Shown here piece by piece: positions 8,378 to 18,458 of a stretch of DNA of 64,000 nt. Below the pieces are notes generated by a model, which made no database searches, was not told the origin of the DNA, and saw only the letters and a list, made by a program, of their open reading frames with translations. The stretch is taken from the sequence record SRR22947727_793; one strand, 5' to 3'. The stretch's first letter is position 1, and every line of letters begins with the position of its first letter. Position numbers and translations under genes: made by a program.

Positions 8378-9400
8378 GTGTCGCACACCCCTCTTCCCAC
8401 CCTTCAAGACGTTGCAGATTTGGCTGCCGTTTCAACGGCCACCGTCTCGCGCTGTTTGAACAAGTCCGGGCATGTCACGGAAAAGACCCGTCTGAAAGTG
8501 CAGCAGGCTATACAAACGCTTGGCTATTCGCCCAATTTTGGCGCGCAGGCCTTGGCCGCCAAACGTACCAATACCATTGGGGCAATCATTCCCACGATGG
8601 AAAACGCGATTTTTGCCCGAGGCATGCAGGCTTTTCAAGAAACTTTGGCCGAAAATGGCATCACGCTGATTATCGCCAGCTGCTCGTATCGCCCTGAGTT
8701 AGAGGAAGAGCAAATCCGATCTCTCGTGGCGCGGGGAGCCGATGCTTTATTATTGATTGGCCAGTCGCGGCCCGATGCAACCTATCAATTCTTAGCGCGC
8801 CGCAATATTCCCTATGTTTTGGCATGGGCTCATAAAAAAGACAGCGAGCATTGCTATATCGGCTTTGACAACCAGGCCGCCGCGCAAACAATCACGCGTC
8901 AAGTCTTAGAGCTTGGGCATCGCAACTTGGGTGTTATCGTCGGTTTGACGCAAAATAATGACCGCGCACGCGATCGCATCACCGGCATTGAACACGCCAT
9001 CGCAGATCATGGCGCCAAAACTGCCCCGTTGCAGGTGATTGAGGCAGAATATACCTTTCAAGAAGGGGCAAAAGCCTTAGACCAATTGCTGGCCAACCCC
9101 AACCCCCCAACTGCGGTTATTTGCGGAAATGATGTTTTGGCGGTGGGCGCGGTAAAACGCGCCAAACAATTAGGGCTCGCGGTTCCAGAGGATTTATCCA
9201 TTACGGGGTTTGCCGATATTGAAGTGTCTGAACTGATCGATCCTGAACTGACAACCGTGCATGTGCCGCACCGCGAAATGGGCATTGCCGCCGCAAAATC
9301 GCTAATTGCCATGCTGAAAACCCAAACCCCCGTGGAAAGCCATTTGCTGGAAACCCGGATCGTCAACCGGCAATCTCTTGGCCCGGTAAAACCGCATTAG
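8378..9400 (+). CDS. LacI-family regulator, HpsR-like
   Basis: TLQDVADLAAVSTATVSR HTH, YSPNFGAQAL hinge, VPEDLSITGF. Confidence 0.9.
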   Translation: MSHTPLPTLQDVADLAAVSTATVSRCLNKSGHVTEKTRLKVQQAIQTLGYSPNFGAQALAAKRTNTIGAIIPTMENAIFARGMQAFQETLAENGITLIIASCSYRPELEEEQIRSLVARGADALLLIGQSRPDATYQFLARRNIPYVLAWAHKKDSEHCYIGFDNQAAAQTITRQVLELGHRNLGVIVGLTQNNDRARDRITGIEHAIADHGAKTAPLQVIEAEYTFQEGAKALDQLLANPNPPTAVICGNDVLAVGAVKRAKQLGLAVPEDLSITGFADIEVSELIDPELTTVHVPHREMGIAAAKSLIAMLKTQTPVESHLLETRIVNRQSLGPVKPH

Positions 9401-9485
9401 CCCCCAGAAATTGAGCATTGAAGGCCAAAGAATCCTGCCGCGCGCGCCCTCTTCTATGGCCATCACCGCAGCGCCCGGGTAAGGT

Positions 9486-9851
9486 TTGAGGATGCAGATC
9501 TTTAATGCCATTCTCACCGATCGCGGATCAAAATATTCCGTATCCGGCGCGCCGGCTAAAACTAAGCAAGAGGCCCTTTTGATAATCAAAGCGCTGAAAA
9601 AAAATAAAAAATACGCCAAAGCCAGCCATAACAGTTGGGCCGCAGTGCTGCGCGAGGATGGGCCGATAAAGCATGATGATGGGGAAGCCGGCGCGGGCAT
9701 GGTGATCTTGCGCATGCTTGAGCGCGCCGAACTGGTTGATCATGTCATTGTGGTCACGCGCTGGTTTGGGGGCACGCCTTTGGGCGGCGATCGCTTCCGC
9801 CGCATACAAGATTGCGTAACCCATTATCTTGACCACCGCAGCACAACCTGA
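9486..9851 (+). CDS. Short YigZ/IMPACT-family protein
   Basis: DRGSKY, ASHNSWA, DDGEAGAG, VVTRWFGG.PLG. Confidence 0.85.
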   Translation: MRMQIFNAILTDRGSKYSVSGAPAKTKQEALLIIKALKKNKKYAKASHNSWAAVLREDGPIKHDDGEAGAGMVILRMLERAELVDHVIVVTRWFGGTPLGGDRFRRIQDCVTHYLDHRSTT

Positions 9852-10067
9852 AGATATCAAGTTCCGTGAAAAACAAAACTGACCGCTGCAGCGCTGCGCG
9901 GCCCGACAATCTGCTCTGCCTCGCCTGTGAGCATTTAAATTGCGAACATCCCCTTATATCAGATGACGCGCCCGCTGTTTGTTACGAACAGCTTATTTAA
10001 AACAATTCGGCCGCCGCGCATTCTAAATCAACGTGCAAATCAACAAGGGCTAGGGTAAACACGGAAA

Positions 10068-10727
10068 ATGCGACTTTATTTGGACACGGCAAACACGCAA
10101 GATTGGGCTCAGCTCCTGCCGCTTGGGGTGTTTTACGGCATCACAACCAACCCCCTCTTGGCGCAACGTGCAGGGCTAGATTATGCACAGTCAGATTGGC
10201 GCGGGTTGCTCGCGCATGCCAAGGCGTTGGGCGCGCAAGAATTACATCTGCAAGCGTTTGGAGATCCCAGCACCTATGTAAAATGGGCCACAGAAATTTA
10301 CAAAATCGCCCATCAAGAAGAGATCACCGCCGTGATCAAAATTCCACTTGTGCGGCCCGCGATTGCGCAGGTGCCCAATCTCAAAGCCTTAGGTGGGAAA
10401 ATCCTGATGACCGCCTGCTATGATGCGGTTCAATGCCTCACCGCAATCGCGCTTGAGGCAGATTATCTGGCCCCTTATCTTGGACGCATGCAAGCCAAAG
10501 GCATCGATGCCTTGGCGCATCTTAACGCAATGAACATGATCAGTCAGGGCAGCGGCTGTGAGGTGCTCGCAGCCTCGATCAAATCGCTGGAAACGCTGCG
10601 CCAGGTTGCGCAGGCCGGTACCCCCTGCGCAACGTTATCTCCCGATTTGGCCCGCGCGCTGTTCGACAATATAAACTCAACCGAGGCGCATCACGCCTTC
10701 GAGGCCGCCTGCCAATCAAACAAATAA
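10068..10727 (+). CDS. Transaldolase/fructose-6-phosphate aldolase family protein
   Basis: LYLDTA, GITTNP, Schiff-base Lys in VIKIP, APYLGR, LAASIK. Confidence 0.85.
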   Translation: MRLYLDTANTQDWAQLLPLGVFYGITTNPLLAQRAGLDYAQSDWRGLLAHAKALGAQELHLQAFGDPSTYVKWATEIYKIAHQEEITAVIKIPLVRPAIAQVPNLKALGGKILMTACYDAVQCLTAIALEADYLAPYLGRMQAKGIDALAHLNAMNMISQGSGCEVLAASIKSLETLRQVAQAGTPCATLSPDLARALFDNINSTEAHHAFEAACQSNK

Positions 10728-10933
10728 AAGCCCATAGCCTTTTCCATTGACCAGGATCGCCCTCCAATATCTTGCAACCGCAATCATCTGCGCTGCACAT
10801 TCTTTGCGTAACTAAGCTAGGTTTCACACTGTTCAAAACGGGCTAAGATGCCAGCATAAAACTATTTCAAAGGTGAAATTTATCGAAAGCTCATACCGAA
10901 CCATAAATCGCATTTGCCAAAAATAATTCATAG

Positions 10934-10954
10934 ATGTCAGGTTCATGTCAGGTT
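10934..10954. promoter_or_regulatory. Direct-repeat box, probable OmpR-family (TctD) binding site
   Basis: ATGTCAGGTT-C-ATGTCAGGTT with 11-bp period, upstream of tctC. Confidence 0.6.
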
Positions 10955-11015
10955 AACACGAAATACTCCGCGCGTTCGGGCAACGAGGCCCAAAAGGACA
11001 TGGGAGGAAATATCA

Positions 11016-11996
11016 ATGACTATTAAACTGGGCCGCCGGGCCCTGATCGCAGCGGTGTCAGCCGCTTTATTGGCTGGCCCTGTAACGGCAGGCGGGCATC
11101 AAGTAGTAGACAGCATTCACTTTTTGATACCGGGTGGTGCAGGTGGCGGCTGGGATGGTACAGCACGCGGCACAGGCGAAGCACTGACCAATGCCGGCCT
11201 TGTTGGCTCTGCATCATTTGAAAATATGTCAGGCGGCGGTGGCGGAAAAGCCATTGGTTATCTGATTGAGAATGCCGATTCAAACCACGGCACCTTGATG
11301 GTCAATTCGACACCAATCGTGATCCGTTCTTTGACGGGCGTTTTCCCGCATAACTTTCGTGATCTGACATTGGTCGCAGGCACAATTGGCGATTATGCAG
11401 CAATGGTTGTGGGCAAAGACAGCCCGCTGAACAATATGAATGACCTGCTGGCCGCATACAAAGCGAACCCGCGCGATACAGCCATCGGGGGCGGCTCCGT
11501 GCCTGGCGGTATGGACCACCTTGTTGCGGCGATGGTCATGCAAGCGGCCGGCGAAGATCCAACAGCTGTGAAATATATTCCATATGATGCAGGCGGTGAT
11601 GCGATGGCGGCGTTGCTGTCAGGGGAAATTAACGCTTTGTCGACTGGATTTTCTGAAGCCGTTGCCTTGGCCGAAGCTGGCGAGGTTAAAATTCTTGGTG
11701 TGACATCTGATGCGCGCGTGGATGCTTATGCAGACGCACCAACTATGAAAGAGCAGGGCATTGATACAGCCTTTGTCAATTGGCGGGGATTCTTCGCGGC
11801 CCCTGGTTTGCCAGCAGATAAGCTTGCAGCCTATCAGGATGCGCTGAGTAAAATGTATGACACGCCCGAATGGGAAGCCGTGCGTGCGCGCAACGGTTGG
11901 GTCAACATTCACAACAATGGCGATGACTTCCGCAGCTTTTTGGAAGGTCAGGAAACCGCCATTGGTGATCTGATGCGCAAACTGGGCTTCCTGTAG
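11016..11996 (+). CDS. tctC: Tripartite tricarboxylate transporter substrate-binding protein
   Basis: Signal peptide; PGGAGGGWD, ENMSGGGG, YIPYDAGG, NWRGFFAAPG; RBS GGGAGG. Confidence 0.92.
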   Translation: MTIKLGRRALIAAVSAALLAGPVTAGGHQVVDSIHFLIPGGAGGGWDGTARGTGEALTNAGLVGSASFENMSGGGGGKAIGYLIENADSNHGTLMVNSTPIVIRSLTGVFPHNFRDLTLVAGTIGDYAAMVVGKDSPLNNMNDLLAAYKANPRDTAIGGGSVPGGMDHLVAAMVMQAAGEDPTAVKYIPYDAGGDAMAALLSGEINALSTGFSEAVALAEAGEVKILGVTSDARVDAYADAPTMKEQGIDTAFVNWRGFFAAPGLPADKLAAYQDALSKMYDTPEWEAVRARNGWVNIHNNGDDFRSFLEGQETAIGDLMRKLGFL

Positions 11997-12014
11997 GTCA
12001 GGTTTTAATACTGT

Positions 12015-12046
12015 AATTGGCCCCTTCACCGGGGCCAATTTTTTTT
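12015..12046 (+). terminator. Intra-operon hairpin/terminator after tctC
   Basis: AATTGGCCCC/GGGGCCAATT stem followed by a T-run. Confidence 0.65.
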
Positions 12047-12079
12047 CTTGTTACATTCAATATAAAACGAGGGAAGCTG

Positions 12080-12571
12080 ATGGCTTTAGATCGCTGGATC
12101 GCCTTAGTAATTTTGGGAGTTGCTTTGGCCTATGGCTATGCGGCATTTTTCTTGATGGACCACCTCTTGCCGCCATTCATGCAGCGCAACCCAGTCTGGC
12201 CGTCAACTTTTCCGAAAATCCTATCAGTTCTGGCAATATTGGTTGCTATGAGTATTTTGCTGGGTGTGGAAAAGCCCGCTAAAGAAGAGACGAAACTCGA
12301 TATCGATTACCGACGATTGCAAGATTACAATTCAGGACAGGCTATTTTACTGCTGGTGATGATGGTGCTTTATGCCTTCACGCTGCGCCCTTTGGGATTC
12401 TTTATATCAACAATTGGGTTTTTAAGCCTGTCTTCAATCATACTTGGCGAACGCGGTTTTATAAAATTACTTGTGATCACGGGCAGCGCCACATTTGTTA
12501 TTTGGTACTTGGTCGAGCAAGTATTGGGCATATTCTTGCGGCCACTGCCCGCATTTTTAATGGGACTTTAA
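12080..12571 (+). CDS. tctB: Tripartite tricarboxylate transporter small membrane subunit
   Basis: About four hydrophobic segments; P.TFP motif; between tctC and tctA. Confidence 0.85.
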   Translation: MALDRWIALVILGVALAYGYAAFFLMDHLLPPFMQRNPVWPSTFPKILSVLAILVAMSILLGVEKPAKEETKLDIDYRRLQDYNSGQAILLLVMMVLYAFTLRPLGFFISTIGFLSLSSIILGERGFIKLLVITGSATFVIWYLVEQVLGIFLRPLPAFLMGL

Positions 12572-12572
12572 C

Positions 12573-14087
12573 ATGTTAGAAGGTTTATTAATCGGCTTAG
12601 AAACCGCTTTTTCAATCCAAAATCTTTTAATGGTGATTGGCGGCTGTCTGATAGGCACCTTTATCGGTATGCTGCCAGGGTTAGGACCGATGTCGATCAT
12701 CGCAATCATGATCCCTGTTGCCGTTACTTTAGGCGATCCCTCCGCCGCCCTGATTTTGCTGGCAGGGGTGTATTACGGCGCAATTTTCGGAGGCTCAACT
12801 TCATCAATTCTGCTGAATGCTCCTGGCGTTGCTGGCACCGTCGCCACCAGTTTTGACGGCTATCCTATGGCCCGGGCCGGTATGGCGGGTAAAGCGTTGA
12901 CAATTGCAGCCATTGCTTCTTTTGCCGGCGGCACGCTCGGCGCCATTTTACTTATGATTTTCGCGCCAGCCCTTTCCTCAGTGGCCTTATTGTTTCACTC
13001 TGCTGAATATTTTGCGCTGATGGTGGTTGGCCTGGGGGCGATTGCCGCTTTTGCAGGGTCCGGACAAGTGTCAAAGGCGCTTTTAATGACCATATTGGGG
13101 CTCATCATGTCGACCGTGGGCGAAGGGGCGCTGTTCAACATGCCGCGCTTCACGATGGGGCTGATGGATTTACAATCCGGCTTCAGCTTCATCACGCTTG
13201 CAATGGCTATTTTTGCCCTGCCAGAAGCATTGTTTCTGGTCATGAATCCCAGCCGCGCAGCGCAAGGCGACAGCGCCAAAATTGAAAATCTGCGCATCAA
13301 TAAAGCCGAAGCCCGCGCCATTGCTCCTGTGATCGGCCGGCAATCCTTACAAGGCTTTTTCATCGGCGTTCTGCCTGGCGCAGGGGCAACAATTGCCTCG
13401 TTTCTGGGTTATTCGGTCGAGCGCAATTTGGCCTCTGAAACAGAGCGCCGCGAGTTTGGTCAAGGTTCTATTAAGGGTCTGGCAGCGCCTGAAGCGGCGA
13501 ATAATGCCGCTTGCACCGGCTCTTTTGTGCCACTTTTAACGCTTGGCATTCCCGGTTCGGGCACAACCGCAATCCTACTTGGGGCCCTTTTGGCTTTGAA
13601 CGTTAATCCCGGCCCGCGCCTGATGACGGATGAACCGCAAATTTTCTGGGCGGTGATCATTTCTATGTATATTGGCAATCTGGTGCTGCTCGTGTTGAAC
13701 CTGCCACTCATTCCCTATATCGCCAAGGTCCTTGCGATACCGCGCAATTATCTGATCCCGTTTATTTTGTTTTTTACCCTGATGGGCAGTTATATTGGGC
13801 AGAATAACGCAACTGAACTGTTAATCCTTGTCGGGTTTGCACTTTGCGCCACGGTTCTGCGATTTGCCAATTATCCGCTGGCGCCTTTGCTGATCGGGTT
13901 CATTCTCGGCCGGATGCTGGAAGATAATTTCAGCAGATCTATGCAGCTGTATGACGGGATGGCTTTCGTTTTGGAGCGCCCAATGACGCTGGGATTGTTG
14001 GTCTTGGCGGCGATTTTGATTATCGTCCCTAGCTATCGAGCGCGACGCGCTCGCATTGCAAAAGCAGGCATTGCGGATGGAGATTGA
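12573..14087 (+). CDS. tctA: Tripartite tricarboxylate transporter large membrane subunit
   Basis: GMLPGLG, GGSTSSILLNAPG, APEAANNA, PLLTLGIPGS. Confidence 0.95.
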   Translation: MLEGLLIGLETAFSIQNLLMVIGGCLIGTFIGMLPGLGPMSIIAIMIPVAVTLGDPSAALILLAGVYYGAIFGGSTSSILLNAPGVAGTVATSFDGYPMARAGMAGKALTIAAIASFAGGTLGAILLMIFAPALSSVALLFHSAEYFALMVVGLGAIAAFAGSGQVSKALLMTILGLIMSTVGEGALFNMPRFTMGLMDLQSGFSFITLAMAIFALPEALFLVMNPSRAAQGDSAKIENLRINKAEARAIAPVIGRQSLQGFFIGVLPGAGATIASFLGYSVERNLASETERREFGQGSIKGLAAPEAANNAACTGSFVPLLTLGIPGSGTTAILLGALLALNVNPGPRLMTDEPQIFWAVIISMYIGNLVLLVLNLPLIPYIAKVLAIPRNYLIPFILFFTLMGSYIGQNNATELLILVGFALCATVLRFANYPLAPLLIGFILGRMLEDNFSRSMQLYDGMAFVLERPMTLGLLVLAAILIIVPSYRARRARIAKAGIADGD

Positions 14088-14246
14088 GCGCAAGGGCTAA
14101 TTTCACTCATCTCGCATATCAAGCGCGGATGCTTTCTTTAACCACGCAGCGCGCATATTTTGCCAGCTTATTTGATTTTGACAAATGCTCACAGCTGTTT
14201 AACGTTTGATCCAGCGCCAGACACAAACTGAGGCGATGCGAATAAA

Positions 14247-14912
14247 ATGAAAGTCTTGATTGTCGAAGACACGCAAAAACTAGCGGAATCGCTTGCAGAG
14301 CATTTCATCTTAGGCGGGCATGGAAGCGATATTGCAGGCTCTTTGGAAATCGCAGATGAGCTGTTGGCGGTCACACATTACGATATCGCCCTGTTGGATA
14401 TTATGCTGCCAGATGGCAATGGCGGCGACTTTCTTCGCCGCTTGCGACGACGCAAAATCATGGTGCCAATCATCGTTATGACGGCACGCTCGGAAGTGTC
14501 GAACAGGGTTGATTTACTCGATATTGGGGCGGATGATTATATTATAAAACCGTTTGATTTTGTAGAATTAGAAGCCCGGTGCCGCGCGGTGTTGCGCCGT
14601 CATATAGGTGCTGAGCAAACAGAATTAACCGTTGGTGACATCACCTTAAACCCGCTCACGGCGGAATTGCGCACTCCGATAGGGCTGCATATGCTGCGCA
14701 ATCGAGAATTGCGTTTGCTCGAAATCTTTATGAATGCACCGCAGATTATTTTCACCAAAGATCAACTCACCGACCGGTTGCTCACAATTTCTGAGGCGGT
14801 AACCGAAAATGCGATCGAAGTGTATATTGGGCGTATTCGCAAAAAACTGACCGGGTGCGACGCAAGTATAGAAACAATTCGCGGCCTTGGGTATAAATTG
14901 GTCACCGCATGA
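14247..14912 (+). CDS. tctD: OmpR-family response regulator
   Basis: VED, LLDIMLPDG, GADDYIIKPF, ETIRGLGY. Confidence 0.85.
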   Translation: MKVLIVEDTQKLAESLAEHFILGGHGSDIAGSLEIADELLAVTHYDIALLDIMLPDGNGGDFLRRLRRRKIMVPIIVMTARSEVSNRVDLLDIGADDYIIKPFDFVELEARCRAVLRRHIGAEQTELTVGDITLNPLTAELRTPIGLHMLRNRELRLLEIFMNAPQIIFTKDQLTDRLLTISEAVTENAIEVYIGRIRKKLTGCDASIETIRGLGYKLVTA

Positions 14913-16297
14913 ACGCGCGATTGCGATACCCTTTATCCTTGCGATGGCGGCTTTTATTGCCGCTTGTGGTCACCGCCGTGATCATTTCTATTCTCTTATT
15001 CGTCACCATGCGCCAAGTCACCAAACAGGCGGTACAAGCCACCCAAGATGCCTTGCTCTCCACAGCCGTTAGCTCGATCTTGCAGCAAACCAGATCGCGT
15101 GACGGCAATGTTGATATTGATCTTCCTTATGATATTTTCACGATGCTGGGCGCGATCAGCCAAGACAAAGTTTATTACCGCGTTGATCTGGATGGTATGT
15201 TTTTAACAGGCTATGAGGATTTAGCGCCTTTGATGGATGGTCCGCTTTCGGATCGCCCCCGCCTAACATCGCAAAGCTTCAAAGGCGAACACGTGCGCCA
15301 AGCCACCATCATGCAAAGCTTTTTGATCGATGGTCAGGCAAAAATGCTGCGCGTTACCGTGGCCCAAACACAATTGTTTCAAGAAGCTATTCTGCGCGAA
15401 ATATCGCGCAATGCTTCGATCATTGGGCTCAGCTTCTTTGGCTTTGCGATTTTCATGGCGCTTTTGGTTACCACGTCTTTTTTGCGTCCGATCAACCTTT
15501 TGGCCGGGGCTGTCAGCCGCCGGGGCCCGCATGACTTGCGCGATGTCAAACACCCCACTCCCCCGGAATTGGCGCCTTTGCTCACCTCATTAAATGGCTT
15601 CATTGGACGCCTTCGCAGCACGTTGGGGCAAACCGAGACCTTTATCGCAGAGGCCGCACATCATATTCGCACGCCCCTCTCCTTGGTGAAATCAGAAAGC
15701 CAATTGGTGTTGCGCAAATCGGTTGATCCAGACACCCGCAAACATTTGCACAACGTCATCACCTCGGTTGATGAAAGTATCCGATCGGCCAGCCAATTGC
15801 TGGATCATGCGCTTGTGCTTTACCGCAATGAGCAAGCCCAAAAAGACCGCCTAGATCTGCCACTCATTTTAACTCATGTGCTCTCTAGCATGGTCCCCAC
15901 CGCCGATCTTAAAGATATCACGTTGAATATCGATATTGATGACAGCCAACCGCTTTGGGTGATGGGCGATCGCGTTTTGTTAGAGGTGGCGCTGCGCAAT
16001 CTGCTGGATAATGCTATCAAATATTCCGATCCTGACATGCAGGTGACTGTAAGCGCCCAGCGGCGCAAAGAATTTGCAACCATCGCCATCACAGACCAGG
16101 GCCGCGGGATAAAGGGGCTTGATGTGTGCAGCTTAAATAACCGCTTTCGCCGCGGCAGCAACGTGGATGATGTGATTGGATCAGGCTTGGGCTTAGCAAT
16201 CACATCAGAAATTTGCACCGCCATGGGCGGGGAATTGACGCTAACAAACAACAAAGGAGCTGGCGCATGCGCCGTTTTACAATTGCCTGCCTGTTAA
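14909..16297 (+). CDS. tctE: Sensor histidine kinase
   Basis: Two TM segments; EAAHHIRTPL H-box, NLLDNAIKY, DQGRG, GSGLGL; ATGA overlap with tctD. Confidence 0.85.
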   Translation: MNARLRYPLSLRWRLLLPLVVTAVIISILLFVTMRQVTKQAVQATQDALLSTAVSSILQQTRSRDGNVDIDLPYDIFTMLGAISQDKVYYRVDLDGMFLTGYEDLAPLMDGPLSDRPRLTSQSFKGEHVRQATIMQSFLIDGQAKMLRVTVAQTQLFQEAILREISRNASIIGLSFFGFAIFMALLVTTSFLRPINLLAGAVSRRGPHDLRDVKHPTPPELAPLLTSLNGFIGRLRSTLGQTETFIAEAAHHIRTPLSLVKSESQLVLRKSVDPDTRKHLHNVITSVDESIRSASQLLDHALVLYRNEQAQKDRLDLPLILTHVLSSMVPTADLKDITLNIDIDDSQPLWVMGDRVLLEVALRNLLDNAIKYSDPDMQVTVSAQRRKEFATIAITDQGRGIKGLDVCSLNNRFRRGSNVDDVIGSGLGLAITSEICTAMGGELTLTNNKGAGACAVLQLPAC

Positions 16298-17301
16298 GCC
16301 TATGCGTACTTGCATCCAGCGCTTTCAGCTTTGAAATCGAACTGAGCACGCGTTTTGGAGATGCCCAAAGCCCCACCCAATTGCGCATCTTATCTTCAAC
16401 CGATCTAGACCGGTTCCAACCCGTGATTTCAGAATTTCTAAACCGGAACCCAAAATTCTCAATCACCTATGTCACGGCTTCAACCAGCGAAATTTACAAA
16501 GCGATCGCGCTGGAAAAACAAAAATTTGATCTGGTGATCTCTTCGGCTATGGACCTACAAATTAAACTGGCCAATGACGGGTTCACCCAAACGGTGCCAA
16601 ATGCCGAAACCAAAAATGTTCCGGCCTGGGCCCGCTGGCGGCATGAAGTGTTCGGCTTTGCGCTTGAACCGGTGGTTTTGCTTGTATCGCGCCGCGACTT
16701 TGCCGATTTAGAGCCACCAAAAACCCGGCGCGATTTATTAACGCTGATCCGCAATAACCCAACGGTTTTTCAAAACCGCATCGGTGCCTATGATCCGCAT
16801 ATTTCGGGGGCCGGGTATTTATTTTCCACCCAAGATGCCCGCCAGTCAGATACGTTTTGGCGCTTGGCCGAAGTGATGGGCCGCGTGGGCACAAAACTCT
16901 ATTGCTGTACCAGCCATATGATCCGTGCGGTAAATACGGGAGAGTTGGCGCTGGCCTATAACGTATTGGGCAGCTACGCCAACGCCACGTTGCCTGCGGG
17001 CAGCAATGCAAAAGTTATAACCTTGCAAGATTATACGCATATCTTATTGCGCACCGCCGTGATCCCAAGCAGCGCCCAGAACTTTGGCAGCGGGCAAGCC
17101 TTCTTAAATTTTCTTGTCAGCGATGATGGGCAAAAAATCTTGGATCAAAAGGCCAAATTATCCGCGTTGAACAATTCGGATATCGCCCAGCTTGCCAATC
17201 GCAAACCGATCCGGCTTGATTCCGGGTTGCTGGTTTTTCTAGACCGCTTGAAAAAACAAAGTTTCCTAAGCGAATGGGATGCGGCATTGATCCAAAATTG
17301 A
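16267..17301 (+). CDS. Periplasmic binding protein with no cognate ABC permease (PgtC-like signalling accessory)
   Basis: Signal peptide; DLVISSAMDLQIKLANDG, SGAGYLF, AYNVLGSYA; overlaps the kinase 3' end. Confidence 0.75.
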   Translation: MRRFTIACLLSLCVLASSAFSFEIELSTRFGDAQSPTQLRILSSTDLDRFQPVISEFLNRNPKFSITYVTASTSEIYKAIALEKQKFDLVISSAMDLQIKLANDGFTQTVPNAETKNVPAWARWRHEVFGFALEPVVLLVSRRDFADLEPPKTRRDLLTLIRNNPTVFQNRIGAYDPHISGAGYLFSTQDARQSDTFWRLAEVMGRVGTKLYCCTSHMIRAVNTGELALAYNVLGSYANATLPAGSNAKVITLQDYTHILLRTAVIPSSAQNFGSGQAFLNFLVSDDGQKILDQKAKLSALNNSDIAQLANRKPIRLDSGLLVFLDRLKKQSFLSEWDAALIQN

Positions 17302-17330
17302 CCTATAGTTCGCGCAGGCCCGGCAACCCT

Positions 17331-18452
17331 ATGCAAAAACAAACTCCCTTTTCCGCGATCGAGCGCGCCGCATGCAAGTCAACCCCGCATCCGACTAATT
17401 TTCAGAAAGCAGCCCATATTTTGCAAAACGCATCGCGTATTTATAGCACGCTCTTAACCTTGCTCATTGGCCTTGTCGGCGCTGTTATGTTTCACGTCAT
17501 CGGCTTTCCGGTGCCCATGCTGACAGGGCCGGCGGTGCTGGTCAGCTGCGCCGCTTTGCTGGGGTTGCGCATGCAACTTCTCGGCCCGCTTAAACCCCTG
17601 TGCTTCACGCTTTTAGGCATTGTGATTGGTTGTACTGTAACCCCCGATGTGCTGCGCGCAGCGCTTGCTTGGCCGCTAAGCTTCAGCATTTTGGCCATAT
17701 GCGTAGTTTGCACCACCCTTTTATGCCGCTGGGGGCTGTATCGGCTGTTCGGATTTGACTGGGCAACGGCCAGCCTTTGCGCGCTACCAGGGCATTTAAG
17801 CTTCGTGCTGGCATATTCCGAAGATGTGGCCGCAAACACATCCGTGGTTGCCGTTGTCCAAAGCATTCGCGTGCTCTTTCTCAGCTTAGGAGTGCCCGCC
17901 ATTCTTGCCATATTCTTTGCCGCGCCAGACTTTGCCGCCGCGCCGCTTCCCACGCTTAACCTCAAAGAAACCCTGACGCTGGCGATGCTGGCACTAGGGG
18001 TTGGGGGCGTTTTTCAACATATGCGCTTGCCAGCAGGGTTTTTGCTGGGCGGATTGGTGATATCCAGCCTGGGCCAATTGAGCAGCTTGGTTGATGGCCG
18101 CTTGGCAGACCCGCTTGAGGCCGCCGCATTGATCGCATTGGGCGCGTTAATCGGCAGCCGCTTTAATGGCATCCAGTCCTCAATGTTAAAATCAGCTTTT
18201 TTTGCGGGCTTGTTCCTGACCTGCCTGTCTATCGTGGTGGCGGCTCTGGGCAGCTTATGCGCTGTAGCTTTGCTGGATCTTGATCTGGCAATCTTGCTTA
18301 TTTCTTTCGCCCCGGGCGGAGTCGAGGCGATGGCTGCTATCGCCGCGGAAATGGGGTTAAACCCTGCCTTTGTGGCAGGCCATCACGTTTGGAGATTGAT
18401 CATTCTGACGCTTCTGATTTCTGCCCTAGGCCTGGTCAAACCGCAACGCTAG
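17331..18452 (+). CDS. AbrB-family (PF05145-type) membrane protein
   Basis: Duplicated hydrophobic halves; LPG...VQSIR and APGGVEAM...HHVWR; start uncertain. Confidence 0.8.
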   Translation: MQKQTPFSAIERAACKSTPHPTNFQKAAHILQNASRIYSTLLTLLIGLVGAVMFHVIGFPVPMLTGPAVLVSCAALLGLRMQLLGPLKPLCFTLLGIVIGCTVTPDVLRAALAWPLSFSILAICVVCTTLLCRWGLYRLFGFDWATASLCALPGHLSFVLAYSEDVAANTSVVAVVQSIRVLFLSLGVPAILAIFFAAPDFAAAPLPTLNLKETLTLAMLALGVGGVFQHMRLPAGFLLGGLVISSLGQLSSLVDGRLADPLEAAALIALGALIGSRFNGIQSSMLKSAFFAGLFLTCLSIVVAALGSLCAVALLDLDLAILLISFAPGGVEAMAAIAAEMGLNPAFVAGHHVWRLIILTLLISALGLVKPQR

Positions 18453-18458
18453 GCCACA

